Shown: piece by piece, positions 43,312 to 53,810 of the stretch
Numbering within the stretch: position 1 is the first letter of the stretch
Layout of the letters: each line of letters begins with the position of its first letter
Source: Eledone cirrhosa
Taxonomy: Eukaryota
DNA: 64,000 nucleotides
Direction of reading: 5' to 3'
NCBI GenBank assembly: GCA_964016885.1
Contig: OZ024757.1
Location: 3,658,001-3,722,000, forward strand
The notes under the pieces: generated by a model
What the model saw: only the letters and a program-made list of their open reading frames with translations
The model's database searches: none
What the model was told of the DNA's origin: nothing
Translations under genes and position numbers: made by a program

Positions 43312-43637
43312 AATAAACTGAAATTAAACAGCTGGTGATATGCTTGTAAGTAAATATTCTCCTTATCTGATATTTTGTAACTAACCTTACATAGATCGAT
43401 AATGAAGTATAGCTACAATGTATTATCATCACCTAGAAACGATCGTAAAGCAGTGAAGTATATTTCTAATGACTTGATTTTTTTATTTCATTGTTTTAAC
43501 TTATATCATGACTCTGTTTTCCTTTTAATGTTTTATTGTTTTCCGGGATTTATTTTAACCTACAACATTTTCAACATATGGATTACATTGAGTTCTTCCT
43601 GCAGAATAGACCCCACAACTTACCGTAGATATCTCTG

Positions 43638-43716
<79 letters not shown>

Positions 43717-43866
43717 CTGTCTATGTGTGTGTGTGTGTGTGTGTATCTGTCTATGTGTGTGTGTCTCTACAAGTGTTTGTTTAAACAGTATATGTAGATA
43801 TATATCGATAAACATTTATCTAAACACACACACACATATATATACATCCATTTATAGATATTTATA

Positions 43867-43903
<37 letters not shown>

Positions 43904-43906
43904 TGT

Positions 43907-43938
<32 letters not shown>

Positions 43939-44117
43939 CATGTGTGTGTGTGTGTGTGTATGTATGTATACAAGCAGGAAATAGATTTCCGAGCGTTTAT
44001 AACAGACTTCCGGCAAAAGGTCATCATCGATCATTTAACAGATTTATCTCCCCTTCCCTCCCCTCACCCCCCCCCCCCCGCTCTCTTTATTTCTATACCT
44101 TTATTTCTATAAATCAT

Positions 44118-44167
44118 TATCTATCTATCCACCCGTCTATCTATCTATCTATCTATCTATCCACCCG

Positions 44168-44229
<62 letters not shown>

Positions 44230-44235
44230 CACCCG

Positions 44236-44289
<54 letters not shown>

Positions 44290-44290
44290 C
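44118..44290. repeat. (ATCT)n microsatellite with CCACCCGT interruptions; continues at 50091-50210
   Basis: Same interrupted repeat on both sides of the LINE. Confidence 0.92.
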
Positions 44291-44527
44291 ACCAACATCT
44301 AGCTGTCGTCTGTTCTACAGTGTGGATGTCATTCACTTCGCACAGAAGTTTTGTTCAAATTTATTGAGGAAATTTTGTGAGTTCAAACTTAATTTTGATA
44401 CAATTGTGTAGCTTGACCCTCCGTCTGAACTGTCAGGCGGTGGGTCAGCTCATCTTTACCCCTCCTAGAGGTGAAAAACCTGTTTTAAAAAAAATTTTGT
44501 GTAAAAAATTTCAATCGTCTAACAGAA

Positions 44528-46405
44528 ATGTTAAACGCAGCGAACGAAAATAGTGGTGGGGGGACAGCGGTAAGAGTTGTAAGCTCGCACGCTTTAGTCC
44601 TCCCTTCCTTCCCAACTAACGTCATAGAGAAGGAAGGAAAAATGAAAATAAAAACGGACGAATCTGCGGAGAAAAAATTAAATGACGAAAACAACGAAAA
44701 AAAAAAATTTGAAAAATTGCATGACAATACTAATAACACAAACAAAGACACAACAAACAAAAAAATAACAGTTGAAAATAACATTATATCAGAAAACAAA
44801 GCAGACGACAAGATTTCATTTGCACAGAAAACAAAGAAATCTTTGACTTATATAGCGGAAAACATTTCAGATGTGGTACGAAGGATCACGGACGCAAAAC
44901 AATACATAAGTGAAGGTGAGAATGGTATTTTATTGGTAAAAATGCCTCAAGAATTCACGAAAGACATTGAAAGCCGAACGGTCAAGTTTCGAACCATCAA
45001 CAACAGTACAAAAAAACCTGAACAGCCTTCTCAAGCAGATATCAAAACAGTACTCGCAGAAGTACTGAATGAAACAACTTTCATAAGAAAAGACAGACTG
45101 TATGGAAGCCTAGCAATTATCATGAAGAACGAATCGGCGGCAAAAAAATGTGCTTTGTCACCGATTCGTTCGAAAAATTTCACCTTTTATCCATCTTATA
45201 TGGGAAAAATAACTCAACGCATATGGCTGGATGCAATGATGCCAGATGTGGACTACTGCTGGCTCATAGCTGGCTTCATCGATCCAGTGAATGACAACGT
45301 GATTTCCATTGGGAAAACCACAGGCAATGCGTTCAGTGGAACAGGTATAGAGCTGGTAGTACAAATGAAGCCTGAACGCATCGCCCAAATACCCGACAGA
45401 ATCCTATTAGAGGACCACGGGTATATAAACATTAGCGTGGAGGGGAGAAGGCCGTCCTGCCATATCTGTGCAGGCAGAGGGCACCTGAAGGCCGCTTGTC
45501 CCCAACTCAACAAAAAGAAAACCCTGCTACCAACACCAGCTCCACCACCACCACCACAACAGATAAACAAACAACAAAACTCAGTCCCACCCAACCCGTC
45601 CCTCAGTAACACCACAACACCACCACAACACAAACAGTCACAACACATTACCCCAAAACAAAATACAGGCCCACCCAACCTCTCACTCAATAAAACAACA
45701 CAACCACCGCAGACACAACACACAACACAGTCTAACATAGTGACATCCATCTCCCCCACAAAGAAAACCAACACGGAAACATTACCAGCAAACATACCTC
45801 TTCCCTCCAACACTGAAGATAACCCAACGAATTCGGAGGAAGAAACGGAGTCCTTCAGACAGATTAAAAGGAAAAAAAGAAAACATGTGCAAAACACACA
45901 AGGACAAACAACCCCCACCCAAATCGCAACACAATCTAACAAAACAGAAAACACCCCTCCAGCAACAAACAAAACCAAACCTGCCCCTCCCCTCTTCGAA
46001 ACACTCACACCATCGGAAAAAAAGACATTACACTATACTTACATCAACAGAAACAATAATAAATTAAATGAACTCATATACAATAATCCTTCGGTACAAA
46101 CCGAAGGTGTAAACTTTGTTTCATCAGAAAACCACCCACATTTAAAACTAATAAAAATCCCAATGAACCTCTACCAAAAACTAAAAAAGGATTTTAAGGA
46201 GGACGTAGGACCACCCTCTGTCAAACCCATAAACCGCGTCCTACTAAAAAGCTTTCCCCCTCCCCTTCCCCTCCCCAACACAACTCCAAACACCCCAACC
46301 CCACCACACACCGACGACCCCACACCACCACAAGACACCCCTTCACCCAACACCCCCGACCCCATGGAAGTCGTGCAACCCGAACCCCGGGAAGCGGAAA
46401 GGTAG
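44528..46405 (+). CDS. LINE ORF1 protein (CCHC zinc knuckle, Pro/Thr-rich C-terminus)
   Basis: 625 aa; CHICAGRGHLKAAC = CX2CX4HX4C; directly upstream of ORF2. Confidence 0.87.
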   Translation: MLNAANENSGGGTAVRVVSSHALVLPSFPTNVIEKEGKMKIKTDESAEKKLNDENNEKKKFEKLHDNTNNTNKDTTNKKITVENNIISENKADDKISFAQKTKKSLTYIAENISDVVRRITDAKQYISEGENGILLVKMPQEFTKDIESRTVKFRTINNSTKKPEQPSQADIKTVLAEVLNETTFIRKDRLYGSLAIIMKNESAAKKCALSPIRSKNFTFYPSYMGKITQRIWLDAMMPDVDYCWLIAGFIDPVNDNVISIGKTTGNAFSGTGIELVVQMKPERIAQIPDRILLEDHGYINISVEGRRPSCHICAGRGHLKAACPQLNKKKTLLPTPAPPPPPQQINKQQNSVPPNPSLSNTTTPPQHKQSQHITPKQNTGPPNLSLNKTTQPPQTQHTTQSNIVTSISPTKKTNTETLPANIPLPSNTEDNPTNSEEETESFRQIKRKKRKHVQNTQGQTTPTQIATQSNKTENTPPATNKTKPAPPLFETLTPSEKKTLHYTYINRNNNKLNELIYNNPSVQTEGVNFVSSENHPHLKLIKIPMNLYQKLKKDFKEDVGPPSVKPINRVLLKSFPPPLPLPNTTPNTPTPPHTDDPTPPQDTPSPNTPDPMEVVQPEPREAER

Positions 46406-46438
46406 GTCTCTACACTCTCCTTTGGCTCTGCCGCCCAC

Positions 46439-49400
46439 ATGGATGTGTTAAGAGTAGGATGTTTGAATGCACGTGGCCTGGGCTCAACTTGGAAGCAAGC
46501 AAAGCTTCTAAATGACCTCAGGTCATGTAGTATAAATGTAATGGTTATCTGTGAGACTCGAATCAGCGTCATGCGGCAGCTGGCCCCCACCTTCGATGAC
46601 TTTGAGGTGCATGCATCTCTCTGTCAACCTGGAGGTGGGGGTGGGGTTGTCGTGCTGCTGCAAAAACACCTGGGTCTTGCCGTACAGGTTGTGCACTCGG
46701 ACCCGGAGGGTCGTTTGTTGGTGCTAGACGTTGGCAGTAGTGAAAGTGCGGCCTTGAGACTGGTCGCCGTCTACTCCCCTTTCGGAGCTGAACGGCCCGA
46801 CTTCTTCCAGCGTTTGGAGACTTTTCTGGGAACGTCGCGTTCCCTGCTTCTAGCGGGGGATTGGAATGACATCCTAGATGCACGTTGGGACTATGCAGGA
46901 GCATGTCCTAATAGAGGGGGGTGTAACAGCCTCAAGGGGTTACTCGACCGTTTTAACTTGGTCGATAGATATCGACTAGATTTTCCAACTGTGCCTACCT
47001 GGACTTGGAGAAACCACAGTGGTCAATCTAGATCGTACTTAGATAGATTCTTAGTTAGAAGTAAGGATAGGGACATATTAAGCTGTCCAGAAATGCGCAC
47101 GGTTGGCTACACGGATCACAAATTAGTGACCTGCGTGGTCAATCTCGAGAAAACACATAGACAGGGTCCCGGTTACTGGAAACTTAATTTGTCTTTACCG
47201 GCAAAAGAGACTTACAGAAACCGGATTAACAGATTAGTTAAGGAGAGGTTGACGGGTGCAATCGTCAACAACCGATGGTGGGCATCTCTCAAAAGAGAGA
47301 TTAGAACAGAATCAATAAGTTATAGCAAGATGTTAGCTGCCGATAGGAATAGAAACGAGAAAGAATTAACAGGTAAATTAGAAGAGGCAATCAAGAGCGA
47401 AGATGTGGCCAGAGTGCTGGCATCGAGGACGGCCTTGAACCAGTTTTTCGATGCAAAGCACGAAGGCTGCGTCATTCGAAGTAAAATACGTGCTCTAGGT
47501 AATGAGGGGGCCAAAGCCGTTGGATGGGCCCGCGTGACAGAAGCTAAGAGTGGAAATCGATCCACCATCCGGTCGTTGCAAGACGAAGATGGACGAGTGA
47601 TCCGGGAGCCTAAGCAGATGTGCGAGGCCTTTCAAAAGCACTTTGCCCGATTGTTCGGGGGAGGCGGGGGTCCGGGCCGGGGCGTGGATTTCGGTCCATA
47701 CCTCGACGGCCTGCCGCGTCTCTCGAACAAAGAGGCAGAGTCCTGCGAGGGACCAATCTCGGCTGATGAGATCGGAGATGCGCTGAGCCAATGCAGCAGA
47801 CGCAAATCTCCAGGTCTCGATGGTATACCTTACGAACTTTATTTAGCAATGCCGGTCTTCTTCTCCGAACTCCTCGAAGCGGTCTACTGCAATTGGCAGC
47901 AGAACGGGAGAATTCCTTGTTCTGTAGCCAAGGGCGTAGTCACGCTGGTGAGGAAGGACGAGAACAAGGGGGATAGTATAAATAATTTTCGGCCCATAAC
48001 CCTGCTAAACACAGAGTTAAAGATTTTGGCCAAGGTGTTAGCAAAGAGGTTGGCGCTTGTCGTGGGTGGCCTGGTGGGAGATGCGCAGACATGTGCTATC
48101 CCATCCAGGTCCATTCACGATAACCTCCACCTCATGCGATACATCATAGAGAGGGTTGGCAACAAACCCGGCTTCGGTGGGGCCCTGATCAACTTGGATC
48201 AGTCTAAGGCCTTCGATAGGGTCGACCATGGTTACCTGGATGCGGTGCTAGCGGCGGCTGGGTTCGGTCCTGTTTTCAGAGGCTGGATCACTGCCCTACA
48301 TAGCAACCACATCTGTTCTAGGATCAAGGTGAACGGCTACCTTTCGAAGCCGTTCGAAATCACACGATCCATTCGACAGGGGTGCCCTCTCTCCTCCCTT
48401 CTGTACGTATTGACTCTCGAGCCTTTACTGAGGAAGTTGGAGTTGTTGCAGGGTATCCCCCTGGAACCAGGATTGAGCAAAGCGGTGTCGGCCTACGCCG
48501 ATGACGTAACAGTAATGGTATCAACCGACTCGGAGATCGAGGCGATCGGTACCTTACTGGAGGAGTACGAAAGGTTGTCAGGAGCGAAACTGAACCGGGA
48601 AAAATCCATCGGGCTGCAACTCGGAACGTGGAGAGGCAAACCGATGCCTCCTGACGGTGTCGTCGGACACTGGACGGAGGGCCCGGTAAAGTTGCTTGGG
48701 GTCTGGTTTGGACCGGACCTCCAGGTGGAAAAGAACTGGAACGAGGTTACGAACAAGGTGTTTGCACTAACCCAGAAATGGGCCAAGTGTAAGCTGTCCC
48801 TAAAAGGCCGGGCGGAGGTGGCGAACATTTACATAGCGTCCGTCACTTACTACCGCCTGACTGTCGTGCCTTGCCCTAAGGAAACACTCACCACCATGGA
48901 ACGCATGCTCTTCCAATTTCTTTGGAAGAAGCGTCCTCCTATGGTGAGAAGATCCATCTGCTGCCAACAACCTTCGAAAGGAGGGCTGGGGATGCCGTGG
49001 TTGATGATGCGTAGGCACGCATTAAGGCTACGGCACCTACAGGTATTCCTCACTGGTCAACCGGTGTGGGCTCCGTTCGTGAAACGAGCCTTTCCGAGAC
49101 TCGTCTCACTCACCGAGCTACAGTCCTGGGTCAAGCAAAGATCCGGAAAACTGGGAGACTGGCACACTGAGTGTGCTCAGGCGCTCAGGGCTCTCTGGCA
49201 AGCGGGCCGGGCCATCGGTGGAGAATCCACCTCATCATTCTATAGAGGGCTGGTGGCTAGCAGGGGCGATGACACCCTTGGAGAGTCGCTGGACATGGAA
49301 GAAGACGAACTGGCCAGCCTGTTCGGTAGGACTTTCGGCCCAGGACCAATGGACAACTTCCAGAAGTCACTGGCCTGGCAGTGCTACCGAGGGGCTCTAC

Positions 49401-49876
49401 CCGTTCGAGAGAGGCTCTACAGACACGGGCGCCCGGGCAGGGATCCCTCAAAAAAGATTTGCCCTAGATGCGTGCGTCACGAAGAAACCGTGGCGCACGC
49501 ATTGGTGCAATGTCCTGGCGTGGCTGATCTGTGGGGCTACGCCGAACAACTGCTGTCGCGGGTGGCGCCGATTAAATTGACCGCCGAGTCCGTGATGACA
49601 ATCAAACCGCCTCCCCTCTTCACAAAGGAAGCAAAGGCGGTTTTTCTGTGCGTAATAGCCATGTTGAAAGAGGTTGTTTGGTGGACACGATTGAAAGGTC
49701 TGAGGTCAGGCAACTTCCTCTCTGGCCATAGTCTGGTCTACTTCTTCCGATATCACTTCGGAAGAAGGATAAGAATGGAGAGAGAGGTGCTTGGCCACAG
49801 GCAGTTTTATGAAAGGTGGGTGATAGTGGCGAGAATGGCTCGTGTAAATGGGCCTTCTCTGTATACCATCCTGTAG
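46439..49876 (+). CDS. LINE ORF2 (APE endonuclease, RT, C-terminal CCHC)
   Basis: 1145 aa; LNARGL, ICETR, AGDWN, SYLDRF, TDHK, GPGYWKLN, KSPGLDG, LDQSKAFDRV, RQGCPLS, AYADD, CPRC..ETVAHALVQC. Confidence 0.95.
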   Translation: MDVLRVGCLNARGLGSTWKQAKLLNDLRSCSINVMVICETRISVMRQLAPTFDDFEVHASLCQPGGGGGVVVLLQKHLGLAVQVVHSDPEGRLLVLDVGSSESAALRLVAVYSPFGAERPDFFQRLETFLGTSRSLLLAGDWNDILDARWDYAGACPNRGGCNSLKGLLDRFNLVDRYRLDFPTVPTWTWRNHSGQSRSYLDRFLVRSKDRDILSCPEMRTVGYTDHKLVTCVVNLEKTHRQGPGYWKLNLSLPAKETYRNRINRLVKERLTGAIVNNRWWASLKREIRTESISYSKMLAADRNRNEKELTGKLEEAIKSEDVARVLASRTALNQFFDAKHEGCVIRSKIRALGNEGAKAVGWARVTEAKSGNRSTIRSLQDEDGRVIREPKQMCEAFQKHFARLFGGGGGPGRGVDFGPYLDGLPRLSNKEAESCEGPISADEIGDALSQCSRRKSPGLDGIPYELYLAMPVFFSELLEAVYCNWQQNGRIPCSVAKGVVTLVRKDENKGDSINNFRPITLLNTELKILAKVLAKRLALVVGGLVGDAQTCAIPSRSIHDNLHLMRYIIERVGNKPGFGGALINLDQSKAFDRVDHGYLDAVLAAAGFGPVFRGWITALHSNHICSRIKVNGYLSKPFEITRSIRQGCPLSSLLYVLTLEPLLRKLELLQGIPLEPGLSKAVSAYADDVTVMVSTDSEIEAIGTLLEEYERLSGAKLNREKSIGLQLGTWRGKPMPPDGVVGHWTEGPVKLLGVWFGPDLQVEKNWNEVTNKVFALTQKWAKCKLSLKGRAEVANIYIASVTYYRLTVVPCPKETLTTMERMLFQFLWKKRPPMVRRSICCQQPSKGGLGMPWLMMRRHALRLRHLQVFLTGQPVWAPFVKRAFPRLVSLTELQSWVKQRSGKLGDWHTECAQALRALWQAGRAIGGESTSSFYRGLVASRGDDTLGESLDMEEDELASLFGRTFGPGPMDNFQKSLAWQCYRGALPVRERLYRHGRPGRDPSKKICPRCVRHEETVAHALVQCPGVADLWGYAEQLLSRVAPIKLTAESVMTIKPPPLFTKEAKAVFLCVIAMLKEVVWWTRLKGLRSGNFLSGHSLVYFFRYHFGRRIRMEREVLGHRQFYERWVIVARMARVNGPSLYTIL

Positions 49877-50147
49877 GTAAAGAAGTAAAGGAGAGGGGAG
49901 CACCTTCTCCATGTGCTCCCCGGGCAAAGGATTGCACACTTTTTCGGGGGTGTGTGCAACCCCCATCACGTCCCCTCCCTTTTGAGGTTATTTTCGATTA
50001 TTTTCATGTTACACCCTTTTTACTCGATTATATGTAAACTCCCCCTTTGTATTTGTCCCTTCTTTTTATGCCTTTATGGTAAATAAAGAAATCTATCTAT
50101 CTATCTATCCACCCGTCTATCTATCTATCTATCTATCTATCCACCCG

Positions 50148-50203
<56 letters not shown>

Positions 50204-50224
50204 CCTATCTCTCTGCCCATCTAC

Positions 50225-50412
50225 CTCTCAAGAGAGCAATTAGAGTAGAGTCGATAGCTTTTAGCAAAGAACTAGCCTTAGAAAAAAACGCAACAGAAGC
50301 ACAGCTAATAGCCGAGGCGGAGGAGGCACTTAGGAGTGGCAACGCAGCTAGAGTGCTAGTAACGAGAACGGTACTGGACCAGTTCTTCGATGCGAATCAC
50401 GAAGGCTGCGTA
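50225..50412 (+). mobile_element. Internal fragment of a related Tx1 ORF2
   Basis: [21 protein letters not shown] versus RVLASRTALNQFFDAKHEGCV. Confidence 0.75.
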
Positions 50413-50433
50413 CCTCAACGTACAAACGAACTT

Positions 50434-50532
<99 letters not shown>

Positions 50533-50599
50533 TAGATAGATATATAGATATACTATACGTTATTCCGGGTTTAATCGGAGGTAACCACAGTAAGTAATG

Positions 50600-50785
50600 T
50601 ACTCAATACATAGCAGAGTATAAAAGTTTTAGTATAGAAGAGCTTCTACAGGACTAGATCTGTTTCATTCGTGAGAAATCATCAGGAAGCTCGCTGTTCA
50701 AGTAAATGGTAGTATTTATGTCTTTCCTTATCTGGTGGTAGGAGAGGGAGGGGATTGAGATGGGTATAGGTCATTGGTTGAAGGA
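50600..50785 (-). mobile_element. PLE terminal remnant with HHR at 50641-50691
   Basis: Reverse complement of ~59420-59572. Confidence 0.72.
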
Positions 50786-53495
50786 TTTACCATACTGTCT
50801 TCCTTCGGGTGAAACTCTAGGGGCATCCAATAACATCAGTGACCTGGGAGTAATTGTGGACAACAACATAAGCTGGGCCACTCATATAAACAGCAAAGTT
50901 GATATGGCCCGCAGAATGTGTTCCTGGATTCTCAGAACTTTCCAGTCGAGAGACATCAACACTGTTATCCTTCTCTTCTCCACTTTTGCCTGACCCCACC
51001 TTGAATACTATTGTCCACTGTGGTCACCCCACACGAAACAAAGTATCATGAAAGTTGAAGCACCCCAAAGGTCAATAACAAAATAGATATCTTTCTTTAT
51101 TTGCCACAGGGCGTACAACAATGGAACATTACAAGACGTGACGGCGGGGGTTTTACATACAAATAAATTTAACATTAATAAATAACAATAAACTATATAT
51201 AATAAAATAACAATTGAAATCCCCAATAGGGGGGAACGTTACTGCAGGGTTGTTTTACACCCCGTGGATAGGACAACCCTCAACACCAGGAACACGTTTT
51301 GTAGGTGTTCCTGTCTTCCCTCTGTTTATCTTCCTCAACCTACAGGTTTATATACAGAGAAGGCCCATTCACTCGGGTCATTTTTGCCACATTCACCCAC
51401 CTTTCAGCGAATTTACTGGGGTGTAGCACCTCTCTCTTCACTCTTACCTTCCTTCTGAATTGATACTTGAAGAAGGGGATAAGTTGTTGTCCGGAGAGAA
51501 AGGTTTTTGCCCTCAGTCCTTTTAACCTCGTCCACCATATTACCTCTTTCGCCATAGCCACCAGACAGAGGAAAACCGCCTCTCCGTTCTTAAATGAAGG
51601 CGGCGGGGTGATTCTCATGATGGGCTCGGCTGACAACTGGATGCGTCCCACACGTGACAGCAGCTGTTCGACATAATTCCACAGGTCGGTCACCCCTGGG
51701 CACTGAACAATTGTGTGCAGAACGGTTTCGATGTCCTGCTCGCATCTTGGACAGGTCCCTTTGACAGGATCTCTGCCAGGGCGTCCGTGCCTGTAGATTT
51801 TGTCTCTAACTGGTAGAGCTCCTCGGTAGCACTGCCAGGCCAGAGACCTCTGGAAGTTATCCATAGGTCCTGGACGGAAAGTCCTACCGAACAGACTGGT
51901 CAGTTCGTCCTCCTCGATGCCTAGAGTTTCCCCGAGAACGTCGTCGCACTTATCCTCCACTAATCCCCTATAGAATGTCGAAGTGGAGTCTCTGCTGATT
52001 GCCGTTTCCGCTTGGTAGAGGGCTGTGAGCGCCTGTAGGCACTCGAGGTGCCAGGCACCCATTTTAGGTCTTCGCTTGACCCAGGACTGCAGCTCTGTTA
52101 CTGAGACGAGTTGTGGAAGAGCTTGTTTCACAAACGACAGCCACACCGGTTCACCGGTCATGAATATCTGGAGATGGCGTAGCCTCAGCGCATGTTTGCG
52201 CATCATCAGCCACGGGATGCCCAGCCCTCCGTTAGAAGGGTGTTGACAGCAGATGGATTTCTTTACCAATGGAGCCTGTTTCTTCCAGAGGAACTTGAAG
52301 AGTAGGCGTTCAATTTCGGTAAGGTATTCGCGGGGGCAAGGCACGACTGTCAAGCGGTAGTAGATGACGGACGCTATGTAAGTGTTCGCCACCTCCGCTC
52401 GACCTTTCAAGGAGAGTTTGCACTCAGCCAACATCTGGGTGAGTGCAAACACCTTCGCCGTGACCTCGTTCCAGTTCTTTTTCACCTGGAGGTCTGGACC
52501 GAACCAGACCCCGAGCAATTTCACCGGTCCTTCCGTCCAGCGTCCAACGACACTGTCGGAAGGTATGGGTTTGCCTCTCCATGTGCCGAGTTGCAAACCG
52601 ACAGACTTGTTTGGGTTTAGTCTTGCTCCTGTCAACATTTCGTATTCCTGTAATAGTTTGCCGATTACCCTGATTTCCGAGGTTTTCGACAACATTACGT
52701 TTATGTCGTCGGCATAGGCTGATGCTGCTTTCGGCAGTCCTGGTTCGATCGGGATGCCCTGCAACAGCTCCAATTTCCGCAGTAACGGCTCGAGAGTCAG
52801 TACATACAGAATGGAGGAGAGAGGGCATCCCTGACGGATGGAACGCATTATTTGGAATGGCTCTGATAGGTAGTCATTCACCTTGACTGCCGAGCAGATG
52901 CTGGGGTGCATGGCAGCGATCCACCCTCTGAAGACGGGACCGAAGCCGGCCGCCTTGAGAACTGCTTCGAAGTAATGATGGTTGACCCTACAAAAAAGAT
53001 AGATTCATGGAGACGTTCTCTGGCCTTGACTATTGGAGTCGATTAGAAAAGCTCAACCTTTATTCTCTCCAACGTCGCCATAAGCGCGACATTATCTGCA
53101 TGATGTGGAAAATATTCCACCAGCATTGCCCAAATGATATTGGCATCACCTTTAGTGTAAAGCCTAGACTTGGGCCCCGTATTATCCGCCCACGACAAAA
53201 TTCTCACTCGCATCACATAACAACAATACAGCACAATTATTTCACCTTAATTGACCCTTCTCTCTTTAACATTACACCAAAACACATCAAGTTCAAGAAG
53301 TCTTTGGACAAATTCTTTCAATAAATCCCGGATAAGCCTCCCACACCCGGATATGCCTCCGTAAACAATAACTCTCTGCTCGAGTGGGCCATGGTGCCCA
53401 AGCACTGATTTGTAAGACTTCGCCAGGTGGTGCTATTAAGTTAGACATGGCCTGGGCCAATACTGGCCGAAACCTATCAAAGTTATCAAAGTTAT
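50786..53495 (+). mobile_element. CR1-like LINE 3' fragment split by a Tx1 insertion
   Basis: DLGVIVDNNISWATHI..LFSTFA*PHLEYYCPLWSPH..QRSITK / DYWSRLEKLNLYSLQRR; the two halves join across 51090-52990. Confidence 0.8.
51091..52990 (-). mobile_element. 5'-truncated Tx1-type LINE nested in the CR1-like fragment
   Basis: ORF 51340-52911 strongly similar to ORF2 46439-49876 (RQGCPLS, AYADD, CPRC..ETVLHTIVQC); imperfect duplication caaaa(t/aa)agat at both flanks. Confidence 0.92.
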
Positions 53496-53523
53496 ATACA
53501 CACACACATACGCACACACACAT

Positions 53524-53613
<90 letters not shown>

Positions 53614-53694
53614 ACATACACACACATATATATATATTGTCATGCATTGGGAGGGTCATGTTGCCAATAATCTTGCTAAACAAATTCAGACACG

Positions 53695-53775
<81 letters not shown>

Positions 53776-53776
53776 T

Positions 53777-53810
<34 letters not shown>

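Larger units (their letters stand above)
44294..50090 (+). mobile_element. Apparently full-length Tx1/L1-clade LINE
   Basis: 5' UTR, two uninterrupted ORFs 33 bp apart, 3' UTR with AATAAA, inserted in (ATCT)n. Confidence 0.93.
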
